The notes beneath the pieces were generated by a model. It worked only from the letters and a program-made list of their open reading frames with translations. It made no database searches and was not told the DNA's origin. Position numbers and translations under genes: made by a program. Below are positions 12,001 through 27,000 of a DNA stretch of 64,000 nucleotides, in pieces. Within the stretch, counting starts at the first letter, position 1. Each line of letters opens with the position of its first letter. This DNA comes from an uncultured Christensenella sp. (GTDB lineage: Bacteria > Bacillota > Clostridia > Christensenellales > UBA1242): NCBI GenBank assembly GCA_949841595.1, contig CATKZB010000005.1, forward strand, positions 2,178 through 66,177, in the 5' to 3' direction.

Positions 12001-15000
12001 ACACATTCACAATGCCAAACAACGAAGCAAAACTTTCTGTTTCTGCAGTCGCAGGGCAAGTTGGATATAAAATCAACGTTTATTTGATGGATGTAAATGG
12101 AAATTATTCTGTGACAGAAAGCGAAGTTATTTCAGACGGTTTGTTTGCAACGACTGATACTGAAGTGCTTATCAACTCTTCAATATACACAAAGACGGGA
12201 TTCGCATTTGACAGTGAAAATGCAAATAATGTTTTAAAACTTACAGTTTCCGGCGACGGAACAACTACATTCAAGCTTTATTTTGAAAGAAATAAATACA
12301 ATTTCATAGTTTCGGGCGTTGTAAACGGAAATGCAAGCTCCATTGCTCCTAACAGTGTGAAAGTGAATAATTTGGCAGTTTCAAGTTACAGAGAACAACA
12401 TTATTTTGAAGAAACCGTTTCAATTTCAGAACTCGTGTTGCATGCTGGTTATGATTATATAGGCTATCAAATTACAGGAGCAGAAAAAGTTGATGAATCA
12501 GCATTCTCTGCAAAATCTGTAAGTGTTCAAGCAAAGGATACAGAAATTAAATTATACTTTACTGGCAAGCCTTTTGACATTGAATATGTTTTAAATGATG
12601 GAACAAATGTTGAAACAAATCCAACATCTTACACAACAGACACTAAAGCTCAAACTTTGAAGATTTTAAATCCAACAAAAACGGGATATAATTTTGCTGA
12701 TTGGACTGTGACTTTCTTTGATGGAACTCAAATCAATATTTCTGACGGAAATCTTATAATTTCAGCTAATACATACGGAAAAATTGTTTTGACTGCAAAT
12801 TGGGATGCAAAAGAAATTGAAATCACCCTCAATCAAAATGGTGCAACCACAGAAGGAACAACTAAGGTTGTTGCAGTCTATGAAACCACCTCTGAATTTG
12901 AGATTGTAAACCCACAAAAAGTTGGATATACATTCTTAGGTTGGACAACAGCATTAAATGGAGAAATTTATGTTGTGGACACAACTGGAAAATTGTTATC
13001 TGACGTTGAAGGTTTCACAACTTCTGGTAAGTGGACAAATGCTGAAAATGTGACCTTGTTTGCAGCTTGGGAAGCAAATTCTTACACTGTTGTTTTTGAT
13101 GGAAATGGAAACACAAGTGGTGAAACTGCAAGTATGTCACTTAAATATGGCGAAAAGGCAAACTTAACTGCAAACGGCTTTGAAAAACTTGGATACACAT
13201 TCATTGGTTGGTCAACGACAGCGAATGGTGAAGTTGTTTATGACGACGAAGCTGAAATTGAAAATTTGACTGCAGAAAATGGTGCACAAGTTGTGCTTTA
13301 TGCAAAATGGTTGCCAAACACAAATTCAACATACAAAGTTTTGGTATATCAGCAAGATACTGACGGAAATTATGATTTAACTGTTTTCGCAACAGATAAC
13401 AGAACGGGGACAACCGATTCAGAAATTTCTTTTGAGGTTGGAAGCACATCAATTTCTATTAATGGAAAAGTTTATGAATATGCTGGATTCAGCTTGGATG
13501 CAACAAAGACTGGAATAACAGACACAACAAAGAAAACCATTTTGGCTGACGGAAGTCAAGAAATTAAACTTTACTTCAGCAGAAATGAATATACATTGAC
13601 AATTTTGCCAAATGGTGGAACTTACGATGGTTCTGATTCAAGTGTGACAATAAAAGGTTTATACGAAAAAACAATCACACTTTCTGTTCCACAAAGAGAA
13701 GGTTATGACTTTGAAAAGTGGACATTAAGTGGAGAAGGAAACATAAGTGGAAACGCATATACTTTTGGACTTGGAAATGACACTTTGACTGCAGAGTGGA
13801 CAATCCTTTCTTATACTTTGAATTTGAGTTCTGACGAGGGCTTTAAGTCAGTCGATGCAACGGGTGACAATGTCACAATTGAAGAAGGTGTAATCACAGT
13901 TGTTTATAGTTCAACAGTAAGACTTACTTATTCACTTAAAGATGGATACACTTTCAAAGCTTGGAACACAACAGATGCAACTGTTTCTGGAAATGTGTTT
14001 ACAATGCCAGCAAAAAATGTTTCTATTGAAGCTGTTTCGGAAGCAAATTCTTACACTATTCGTCTCAATTTGAATGGTGGTGAGGGTGGTTCTAACACAG
14101 TTGATTTAAGTGCAAAATATGACACACCAATTGCTTTGACAACTGTTGAAACTCTTGGTTGGTCAAAACCTGGATTTAATTTCAATGGCTGGGCATTGAC
14201 AGAAGATGCAACAATAGGTAAATATGCAGACGGAGAAACTGTTTCTAATCTTGCGACAAGTGGAGTGTTCAACTTGTTTGCCGTTTGGGGTGCAAAGATG
14301 TATAGCATCACCTTTGACAGCAATGGTGGAGAAGGCTCAATCCCTGCAATGATGAACATACCTTTTGAATCAAATGTAACGCTCACCTTAAACAATGATG
14401 CTATGGCAAAAACAGGTTACACATTCTTGGGCTGGTCAGAAGATGCGACTGCAACATCTCCAACATATTTGGATGGAGCAACTTTCAAATATACAAAAGT
14501 TGGAGCAATGACCTTGCATGCTGTTTGGAAGGCTAATTCATATACGATAGTTTATAATGAAAACACAGTAGACATAAATGGAGATGCACTGTATGGAACT
14601 GTGACAGGATTGACAACAGAAACTTCTGCCACATACAATCAAAAGGTGACTTTAAATTCAAATGGATTTATTCTTACTGGTTACACTTTCAAAGGGTGGA
14701 AAGACAAAGCAACAGACACTGTTTATGAAGCAGGTTCTACCACAACAACAGCTCCAAACTTTACAAGTGAAGCTGATGGAACTTACACACTTTATGCAGT
14801 TTGGGAAGCAAAAACATCTACCATTCAAATTGTAAAGGAAACTGAAACAATTGAAACAATTGTTTTGACTTACGGAAAAGCATATATTGATTCTGATGTT
14901 AAGGTAGTGGAAAACATTAAGCCTTATGAAAAAGTTGGATATAATGTTGTTGGATTTAAAACTTCTGAAGAAATTACCTTTATAGATTCGTTAGGAAATT

Positions 15001-18000
15001 TGATGTATAATGTTTCAGGGTTAACGAAAGACGGAGTATGGATTGCTGAAGACGATTTTATTGCAAACCCACAATATATTGCTAAAGAATATAAAGTAAA
15101 TTTCAATGTGACTGACACTGATCCTTCAACAACAAGCGATCCAACAGTCCCTTATGAAAATAAGTTGGTGTCATATGATTCAACATTTGGAGGAAATGGA
15201 GTTTGGCCAACACCAACATTATCTGGTTATTTCTTTGATGGTTGGTCAACACAAAGTAATTACAGAGCTGTTGCTTTGCAAGTTTATTGTGATCTTTATA
15301 ATGCAGGACAACCTGAAGAAAACAAGAAAACTTTGGAACAAATAAGAGCTGAAATTCAAGCCAAAGAAACAACAGACAATGCAACATATATCTTCACCCG
15401 TGGAGAAGCTAAAGATGCTGTTGAGTATGTTTACGTTTTGACAAATTATGATTCGACAAACAAAGTGGCTATGCCAACAACAACTCTTGTGGATGTGGAT
15501 GTTGTTCAAAGCTCTTACATTTTGGCAACAGACAAAATCACAAGTGACAAGTCTTATTTTGCTCAACTTGAATCCGAAGCAGGCTTGACTGTTTATGCAA
15601 CTTGGATTGGAAGAACAGATATTAGATATACAGTGTATTATCTTCTTGAAGAAGTGATAATAGATAAAGAAGTTTCTGATTTCAAAGAAAGATCAGAAAA
15701 CACTTCTTATCCTGATGTTGTGACAAATGTTGGAGATAAGATAAATCATACAATCAATGGAGTAAAGAGAACATATAAGTTGCTTAAATTTGAAACATAT
15801 GATGATGCGTTGATTGCAGATAAAGTAGAAAATTATATTCATAAATATGATATTAAGGGATTTAATTATTGTTATTATGAATATCAAGACGACACTATCC
15901 AATCAGTTGGAAATGTTGGTGTATCAAAAATTTATGCATTCTATAATCGTCAACAATATGAATTGACGCTTGAAGCAGGTGTTGGAATATCTTCTGTTTC
16001 AGCTGCAGTGAACGATGGAGTTGTCAAAGTTTCAGAAGGCAATTATCTTGTTAAATATGATGCAGAAGTTGTTTTGACATACGAATTGAAAAATGCTGGG
16101 TATGAATTTGCTGGTTGGGTAAATGGAACTGGTTTTACAGCAGTAACTGTTGCCAACGGAAAATTCAACATGCCTTCAACCGAACTCGGAGTTTATTTGA
16201 CTGCCACAGCGAAAGCTTTGGAAGTTGAATATAAAGTTGAATATTACAAACAAAAACTTGGAAGTCAAGAGTTTGAGAAAGATGAAACTCTAAACAAAAC
16301 TTTGAAGGGAGTTACTGACACTCTTGCACCAATTTTGACCTTATGTGGAAATGTTTTTGGTGATGGATATAATTATTCTTATTATACAGTTCAATCAACT
16401 AAGATTTCAACACCTGTTGAAAATGGCTCATTAAACATAGAAGGCGACGGAAGTCTTGTTATCAGACTATATTATCAGAGAAATGCTTACAGTCTTGCAG
16501 TTGAAAGACTTGAAGGAGACAACGGAATTGCCAGCATAACAGGTTCTGGAAATTATGATTTTGCCGAAGAAGTGACAGTAGTTGCAGTTGTCAAACCAGG
16601 TTATGTTTTTGAAGGATTTAAATCTTCAAATAAAACCATTTTTGCAGATGTTGCTGCTTCTGATTGTGAAGTTTCTTTTGATGAAGAAACAAAACTTACA
16701 ACTTATTCTTACACATTCAACATGCCAGCAAGTGCGCTTGTTTTGACAGCTGTTACTTCTAAGTATCTAAACACATCGTTCAACATTGTTTATATGTTTG
16801 AAGAAAGGGATCAAGTTGGAGTTTATGCTGAAAACGATACTCTCTCTTCTGGCTTTGCAAAAACAGGAAATGGAGAAACAGAGAGCAATGTGACTCTTGC
16901 AATGATTCAAACAGCAAACAAAGGAAGAGTTCCAACAGTTTCTGGATTTGAATATGCAAATTTTGGCGTTTTGAAAGACAACAATTTTGAAGCTGTTGAA
17001 ATCAAAGGTGATGGAACAAGTGTTGTTTATGTTTATTATTCAAGATTGACATTCACTTTGACAATCAATTATTATCGTGTGGACACAACAACAGAAATGG
17101 CGTCCTCATTCTCTATCGACGTCATTCATGAAGGAAGTTACACAAAATTATCTCCAGAAATTATAGGGTATACAGCAGATCAAACTTCTGTTTCTTGGAC
17201 AATGGCAGGAGAAGATAAGACGATCAATGTGTATTATACTCCAAAAACTTATGTGCTGACTTATGATGCAGGAAGTGGCACTGTCCCTTCTGCAACAGTA
17301 AATTTCACAATTGAAGATGAAATCACATTATCAACACCAACAAATGCTGGATACAAATTCTTGGGTTGGAGAGTTGCCACTGTTTCAACAGAAACAAACT
17401 TTGTTGAAGGAGCTTTGCTAGTTGATAAGATTGAAAAAGGTGCTTATGGAAATGTAACTTTAAATGCAGAATATGAAGCAAAATCAAACAAAGTTGTTTA
17501 CAATATGACCAACACTGTTCTTGTTTCTGGAGCAGAAAACATAACAAGTGGAAGCACATTCTCAGCAACAGTAAAAGCAGCTGAAGGATATACTCTTCCA
17601 GGAACTATTGCAGTTTTAGTTGACGGAAAACCTTTTGAAAACTTTACTTATGAAAATGGAGTTATTCAAATTGCTGGAACATATGTGACAGGTGAAATCA
17701 CAATCAATGTAACATCAGTCGCAAACAAATATAATGCAATCGTAAACACTCTTCATACACAAATAAAAGTTGAAGACGACAGTGAATTTGTTGACACAAA
17801 AACACAAGAAGTTTCAACGGGAACAACTTTGACAATTTATGCGAAAGCTGATGAAGGATATGGCACAAGTGGCATTGTTATCACTGTTGAAAGTGGAAAA
17901 GCAACTTTAAGCGAAGTAAATGAATTAAATGGAATATACAGTGTTGTTGTGAGTGGGTATACTGATTCGTTCACTATTGTTGCAACGGCGTCAGTCAACA

Positions 18001-21000
18001 GTTACACTCTTACAGTTAATCCAGCGAAAGGTGTCTTTAACGGAAGCGAAACTTCTGTGACATACATAAGAAATTATAAGGAAACGGTTGAAATTTCAAA
18101 TCCAACAAGAGAAGGATATGATTTTGTTGAATGGCAACTTTCAGCAACAGTAGGGGAAACTGCAAAAGGTAAGCTTGAGAATGGAGTGTTTACATTTGGT
18201 GCAGGTGATGACACTTTGACTGCTGTGTGGTCTCCAAAACGTTATGAAGTTGTTTTAAACTTTAATGACAGCACATTTAACAATGGTTCAACAAATGCTG
18301 ACATTTCAACAGTTTTGACGAACGAAGGACAAACTCTTGAAATTTCAAGTGGACTTTTGTCAATGTTTGTTGAGTTTGACAACATATATTCAAAACTTTA
18401 TACAAGTGAAAATGGCACAGATTATGTTTTGTTTAACGATTTGGTTGCAACAAGAACAGGCTATACATTCACAAAATGGTCAAGTTCTGTTGCTGGTGAA
18501 GATTCTGTCACAGAAAACACAAAATGTGAAACAACAAGTTCGTTAACTATTTTCGCAATTTGGTCTGCAAATTCTTACACATTGACAGTTTCAAGAAATT
18601 TGGAAGAAAAATTGACAGTTGATGTTGCAAATGCAACAAAGACAGCTGAAGATGTTTATTCAGTCAAATTTGACTCAAAAGTGACATTAACAGCAAATGT
18701 GGAAACAGGTTATCATTTCACATCTTGGATTGAAGAAGATGATGTGCTGTCAACACAAAGTCAATTTGAATATAGTTTTGTCACAGCAGGGAATGTGACT
18801 ATAAAAGCAAATGCTACAGCAAATTCTTACACAATATCTTATGACAGCAATGGTGGTGAAGGCTTGGTTGCTGACACAAATGCAACTTATGATGTTGAAG
18901 TTGTTTTGTCAAATGGTGAAGGATTCAGCAAAGTGGGTTACACTCTTTCTGCATGGTCTTTCAATGGAACAACTTATCAGATTGGTGGAAAAGCTTTGAA
19001 CTTGACATCAGCCGATAATGGAAATGTCACAATGACTGCTGTTTGGACAGCAAACACATATACAATTGCATTTGATGTCAATGGTGGATCTGCAATTTCC
19101 AATATGACGGCAGATTACAACACTGCAGAAGAGATTGTGGGAAAAACCACAAAGAAAGGTTATAATTTTGTAGGTTGGTCAACTTCAAATGGAGATGAAT
19201 CAGATTCAATTGAAATTGATGATTTGGGAGAATATGAAGATATAACAACATATCTTGTTGAAACCAACAAGATTGCTGGAATATATCGTTATGAAAACAA
19301 ATATTATGCATTTAATTTAAGTGCAACGGTTCAAACAATAACTGTTTATGCAATTTGGGAAGAAGGTGCTTCAAGTTATAAAGTTGAATATTATTTGAAA
19401 GGGCTTGATGACGAATATATCCTCGATAGTGAGATTGTTGAAGAAGGTTTGACAATCGTTTCAAATTCAAGAGAGATTTCTGAAAATGTTATGACAGGCA
19501 TGGAAGTTTTAATTCCACAAGTTGAGTATAAAGGATTTACTCTTGATCTTGGGGTGGAAGGAACTCTCACAAATGGGGTTGTTTTAGGAGATGGTTCACT
19601 CACACTTAAATTGTTCTACACAAGAAATACATACACAGTTGACTTTATTGTTCCAGACAAAGGTGTCAAGAGTTCAACTGCAACAGGTGAATATCAAATT
19701 TCAACCAATGTGTTTAAATTTAACAGTTCTGTGACAATCACAGTTGAAGAGGAAAAAGGTTATAAGTTTGACAATTTGACTTATTTGGAAAACACGATAA
19801 CCACAAAAACTCACACATTTAATATTCAAGAAAATGTGACAATCAAAATCCATGTTTCGGCATTAGCTTATGATTATGTTGTTAAATTTAAATTTGAATC
19901 TCTTGATGACTCTAATATTTATGAAACTGATGAAAATATTTCAGATGTCACACTCACAGCGAATGTAGATACTGAAATTACTTATGACATGATAAAAGAT
20001 TCTATTCAATCTGTCGAAGGATTCACATATAAAGATTTTGAAACAGGTCTTGTTGTAAAGGCAGTGGTTGAAGCTGAAGATAAGCCAACTGAAGTTGTTG
20101 TGAGATATTCAAGAAACATATATCAACTTGTTTTGCAAAAAACAACAGGCGTGGAAGACATCTCTGCAACAACAGATGATTTCTATGTTGTGGAAGATGC
20201 TAATAATGCTGTTGAAGACACAAAACTTTACAATGTAAGATATGAAGCAGAGGTGACTTTAAGTTGCACAGTTAAAACAGGATATGAATTTGGTTCATGG
20301 TCTTCAAACCTTGTGGAAGGAAACAAACTTGACAAGATGCCAGCTCAAAACCTTACAATTTATGCAAATTTAAATAAGTTGCAAGTTAAAGTTTCAATAA
20401 GATACAACTTGGAAAACTTTGCTGGAACTGGTTATGAAGTTTACAAACAAATGGGAGAACATGGCGAAGAGATTTATCTTGATACTGCTTATGGCTATAC
20501 AGACAGCGAGATTGAACAGATTTCTGATCTTAAAGCAGACGTAGATGGAGATAGTTTCATCTTAAAAACTATTGAAGGATTTGCTTATTCAACATTTGAA
20601 AGTGGGGTCTTTGTTTCTGGTGATGGATCAACAATTTTGGATGTTTATTACTTAAGAAATTCTGTTGAAATCAACATTGACATGACAGAAGGAATTGAAA
20701 GTGTGATAGCTTCAGCAAGTGAAGAAGCTGGTGCATACTCTTTCAATTACACTTACACAGAAAAAGCAATGTTCACAGCAAAATATGGTGCAACTATTGT
20801 GTTGGAATATCAACTTGTTATGGTCGGAGTTGAAAGTGGTTACACTTGGGTAGAATTTACTGGTGGTGTGACAAAACTTGACGATGTTTACTCAATTGTT
20901 GTTGGAACTGAAGATATCAATATCATGGCAGTTGCAAAAAATAATGAATATATAATCACTTTCCAAGGTAATGGTGGAGAATATAAGGAAGTTGTTTCCG

Positions 21001-24000
21001 AAGGAACGGAAACAGAAGAAACAGTAAGCAGTATACTGACAACTCTCACACAAAATGTGATTTATAACAGAGATGTCACATTAAATGCAAACACATTCTT
21101 AAGAGAAGGATATGTTTTTGCTGGATGGAACACTCAAGCAGATGGTATGGGTGAAGCTTATGAAGATGGCAAAACATTCACATATTTGATTATTGGAAAT
21201 TTGGAATTGTTTGCACAATGGACACCAATAACTTATAACATTGAGTATGTTGCAAATGGTGGAACAGGCTCTATGCTTGGACATGAAAATGTTGCTTATG
21301 ATGAAGATGTGACATTGAGAGAAAATGAGTTTGCAAGAATTGGTTACACATTCAATGGCTGGAGCTATGAAGCTGACAACACAGAAATTAAATATATCTC
21401 TAAAGACACTACAACTATTAGAAACTTAACTGCTTCAGCAGGAAAAACTGTCACTCTGAAAGCAGAATGGTTGGAAAACACTTATACGATAGTTTATAAC
21501 TCAAATTATTCTTCAGTTTCAGATAATGCTGATGAAACAACAGAAACAGAAAGTTATAATTATAGTGAAGAAATAACTGTTAAATCAATAACAGAATTCA
21601 ATTATTCAGTAACAGGCTATAAGTTTATTGGTTGGGCAATGGAAGGTGTAGAAAATCATTTGATGCCTGATGACAAAGTAAGCATGTTGACTGCCAAAGA
21701 TAAAGACCAAGTTGTTTTGAAAGCAGTTTGGGAAGCTATAACATATAAAATCGCATTTGACAAAAACACAGGTATTGGCGAAATGGCAGAAATTTCAGCT
21801 GTATATGATTTGCCTGTGACATTGCCAGAAAACACATTCACAAAAATTGGTTATGATTTTGCAGGATGGGCACTTTCTGCTGACGGAGAAGTTGCTTATT
21901 TGAATAAAGCTGATGTTGAGAATTTGACATCTGAAGAAGGAGAAACTGTAACATTATTTGCTGTGTGGGAAACTAAAACTTACACGATCACATACATGCC
22001 TAATGGTGGAATTTTTGATAGCACATTGACATTGACTGATGAAAGTTATGTATATGAATTTACGATTGAAGATTCTATTCAACTTCTTGATCAAAGCAAA
22101 TTGAGCAAAGTTGGACATACTTTGCTTGGCTATACATTTGTAGGTGAGACAATAGAGGGCAATTGGAAAGAGATTTTCATTGCTGACATAAACTTAAACA
22201 CATTGTCATCTTTGACTTTGGATGCTGGAATTTATGGAAATGTAACATTAGCAGCAAAATGGCAAGTTAATACCTATAAATTGACAATCAAATATCAATT
22301 TGCAAATGGAGACACGGCTGCAGAAACATTGATAAGTGATGTAAATTATGGTGATAGTTACAGCGTTGCTTCACCTGTTGTTGTAGGTTATACTCCAGAT
22401 GTATCTACTGTTGTGGGAACAATGGATGATGTAAATGGAAAGTCATACACAGTGACTTATGCTGCAAATGTTTACACATTGACTTTCAACACAAACAAAG
22501 TTGTGGGCACAGGAGATGTTGAATTTGATTATGAAACAGCCAAAGTTGTTTATGATGACACATATGCAAACGCTTATATTGTTGTTGATGAAGAAACTGT
22601 CAAGATAGGACTTCCAACACCACAAAGAGAAGGATATAGCTTTGGTGGCTGGTTCTTTACAACTGCTTACGAAAACGAAGTGTTGGCAAATCAAACAGTC
22701 AAGATTGTGACAGACACAACCATTTATGCAAAATGGATTACAGAGACAAACACAAGATATTTTGTGGATTATAAGTTTGAAAGCCTGGACGGAAGTGAAT
22801 TTGTGATTGACACAACGCTTCAAAACACTCTTACAGGCGTTGGAACAACTGATACAGCAGTGACAGAAGATATGGTGAAAGCATTGACAGCAAATGCTTA
22901 TCCAATAATCAGTGGATATTCTTATAAGAACATTGAATTGACAACAATCACAGCTGATGGCAATGCAAGAGTTGTGGTAAATTATGTAAGAAATTATTAT
23001 GATTTGGCCGTGACAGCTGGCGATGGAATCGACACTGTTTCTGTTAGCACAACACAAACTCCTTCTGAATCTCAAGAATTGGATTTCTATATAGAAAATC
23101 GTGAAAATGGACATTATTCAGTCAGATTTGGTGCAACAGTTGTCTTGAGTTATACAATTGAAAATGTGGGATATGAATTTGCAAGATATAACACATCAGA
23201 TGTTGAAATAACTGATGACAGTTTTGATATGGTCGCAAAAACAGTCAATGTTATTGTTGAAGCCAAAGCAAAAAGATATATTATTGAATTTGTTGGCAAC
23301 AATGGAACTTTTGTTGAAGATGAACAAACAAAAAATACTTACAGACAAGAAGGTGAAAATGTTGTCTATAAAGCACCAGTAAGGTTGACAGAAAACAAAT
23401 TCACAAGAAATGGATATTCATTCTTGGGTTGGGCAACATCTCAAGCTGATGCTGACAACAAGATTGTGTCTTATGCAGATACTGCAGAGTTCACATTGGA
23501 AGAATATGTTGAAATAGTTAATCTGTATGCAGTTTGGGGACCAATGAGATATGATTTGGTCGTAACTGGAGATATCGGAATTGACAAAGCTAAGATTGTG
23601 ATTTATGTTGACGGAACAAAAGTTGAGAGTGACGAAAACAAACTTTCAGTTTATTTTGACAGCAATGTTAAAGTTTACGTTACTGACACAGAAGAAACAA
23701 CAACGGCAGTCAAAGGAGGTTATGACTTTAACTGCTTCAAAGTCAATGACATTGTTGTTGGCAACGATGAGTATTGCGAATTTACACTCAGTGGAAACAC
23801 AACAGTTAGTTTGACAACTACTCCAAGAAATGACACTTTGTTTAAAGTTGTTTATCAAAAAGAAAACTTAGGCAAAACTGGTTATACAGATGTTAAAGAG
23901 AAGATTGTTGAAGGAACAACTGACAAAGTTGTGACCTATGAATATCTATCTCAACTTAAACTTATTGAAAATTATGAAGGATTTGTTTATTCAACCTTTA

Positions 24001-27000
24001 CGGATGGAAACGAAAATGAAGCTATCAGCATTGTTTACAGCAATGATAATCCAGATGGTTACACAATTGTTTACATCAGATATGTCAGATTGCATTATTC
24101 ACTTGTTTTAAACAAGTCAGAAGGAATACAGGCATTGTTGCCACAAGAAGTTGTGGAAAACACGGTTGTTTCAATTGAGGGTGAAAGCAGAGTTTATTAT
24201 GAAGCTCCATTTAACTTGGTTCTCATTATGTCTGAAGGTTATTCTTTGGATGAAATCACAGTTGTTGTGAAAATGGCTCAAGGTTCTTCTGCTTTGGATG
24301 AAGTAAACACTGAATGGGCACTCGTTGCAAAAGAAGATGGTTTCTATTACAACGAAACAAAAGTTTTTGGTTTTGTTTATGACAATCAAAATAAATATTA
24401 TGTTATTGACAAAATGCCTCCATTTGACATGGAGATAACTACAGAATCTTCAGCAAACGATTATAAGATTATTTACAACAGAAATTTAAATGATGAAGAT
24501 ACAACCAAGTCCGAAGAAAATGTTAAGTTTAATTCTTCTTATTCTATTAAACATGCAAGCAATTTGAGTTGGGCAAAACCTGGTTATCAATTTATTGGTT
24601 GGGCAAGTTCTAAAGAAAATGCAGAAAATAGAATTGCAATGTTTGAGTTTGAAAACACAAGCGACCTATCATTTGATAATTATCAGTTTGCTTATGACAC
24701 AGAACTTTGGGCAATTTGGAAAGCAGAGTCACGAGACTATAGTATCGAATATTATTTTGAAGAACTTGATGGAACATTCAAACTTTCTGAAACTGCTATT
24801 AAGACAGGTGAAACAGATGCAACAGTTTCATATGAACTGCTTGATTCAACAAAGACTGTTGGTTATACTTTTGATGAAAATAACAATGAAAATATTTTGA
24901 CAGGCACGATAACAGCAGGCACAAATTTGATTCTTAAAGTTTATTACACAAGAAATTGGTATAGTTTTACAATCAATTATGATTCAGGATTTAAGTCACT
25001 TTCTGCAAATTCTGGTGACAATCTTAAAAATGAAACATCAGCAGAAGATGAATTTAAATTTGTTGCAAAAGTCAAATTTGGAGCAACTGTTTCAATCGAA
25101 AAAGAAATCTATGAAGGTTTTGAGTTTGTGGGATTTGCTGAATTGTCTGCAACTGGAATCAACTTTACTTCAGAAGAATTTGTAATGCCAAAAGCTGATA
25201 TAACTTTAAGTGCAACCACAAAAGCAAAAACTTACACAATCACTTTCCAAGGAAATGGTGGAAGTTTTGTTGAAAATGGAGAAGAAAAGACAACTTACAC
25301 ACAAGAATTTGTTTATCTTTCTTCAAAAAATCTCTTGGCAAATAAATTTGAAAACACAGGATTCAATTTTGTAGGTTGGAGCATAACAAAATCAGATAAA
25401 GAAGAATTCTTTGGCAATGAAGAAACCTTTAAATATGATGTTGCAAAAGATTTGGTGGCTGTTGCTCAATGGCAAGAAGATCCAAACACCAAGTATACGA
25501 CAGAATATTATGTTCAAGACATTGAAGGCAATTACACAAAAGTTGGAAGTGTTGAACTTTATGGATTTACACATCAAGTTATCACTGACGAAATGGTGAT
25601 TGCTGGTTTTGCTCAAGTAAGCATAGACAAAAATGGCTACACCTTTGGCAGAATACGTGAAAATAAACCAACCATTGCAGCTGACGGAACTGCCATTGTT
25701 TCGGTTGAATATGATTTGGCAAAATTTGATGCAACATTCAACTTTGCTCAAATGGATGAAGAGTTGGGTGCTATTGGAATCGACAATGTTCAAGTTGTTT
25801 ACAATTCAACAAATGGAAATGTTGAAAAGACAGTTTCACACGGAGATGTTGAAAAAGTCGAATATACTTCAAATATCAAAGTTAAGGTAGTTCCTTCAAA
25901 AGGTTATAGATTCAAGCAGATAACTGTTTCAGGAAATGACATAAATCAAACTTACACAACGTTAGATGAAAATGGATATGTTACATTCGATATGCCTTAT
26001 AAAGACATTGAGATCAAGATTGAAGTCGAAATAGTTAAAGTGACAATACATTTCCACAAAGCTATCAAGGCAGATGAAACAACTTCAACTCAAACAGTAA
26101 CTTATCTTGATAATGTTGTTTTGAATGGACTTTTCTTTGAAGCTGGTTATACAATGCTTGGTTGGTCTGACCAAGAGAACGGCGAAAAAATTTATGATAT
26201 AAGAGAAGAGATAGTTTGTGACTTCACAGAAGATTTGCATTTATATGCAGTTTGGCAGGCAAATAAATATACGATTGCTTACAACAATAACACAGGTGTG
26301 GGAACTTTGGAAAACACTGAAGCTGTCTTTGACCAGGTTGTTGAACTTGGCGATGAAACTTTGCTTTCAAAGAAAGGTTACAAGTTTGTTGGCTGGACAA
26401 CAAATCTCGCAGAAAACTTGGTTATTCAAGTTGAAGATAAAGACAGCATCAAGACTGCCGGAATCTATTTCAACAAAACTGACGAAAAATATTATGCATT
26501 AAATCTTGCAACTGGTTCAGAATCAGATAAGGTGGTTACGCTTTATGCATATTGGTCTGCAATAAAATATTCAATAACTTATGCCTTTGAAGAGGGCAGT
26601 GAAACAACAAAATTTGCTGGTGAATTTGAATATGACAAATCATATAATTTGACTGCTTATGATATGATAAACTGGACAAACAGTGGCTATGAATTTGTTG
26701 GTTGGTATTATTATAATGATAATGGTGACAGAGTGGACATTCGCTGCGAAAAGAGTGAAACTCCTTCTGTTGAAAATTTGACTGCCACAGATGGAAAGGA
26801 TGTTGAACTTTATGTTATTTGGGGAAAAGGCAAGACAACTTTCACAATCAGAATTTTGCTTGAAACTCTAAATGGACAATATGGTGAAACAGAAGGCAAT
26901 TTCTTAGATTTGACAGACAATGAAATTGAAACAGAAAAAATTGTTTCAAGTGAATATGTTTATAATGAATATATAAGCCTGATGGAAAACTTTGAAGTTG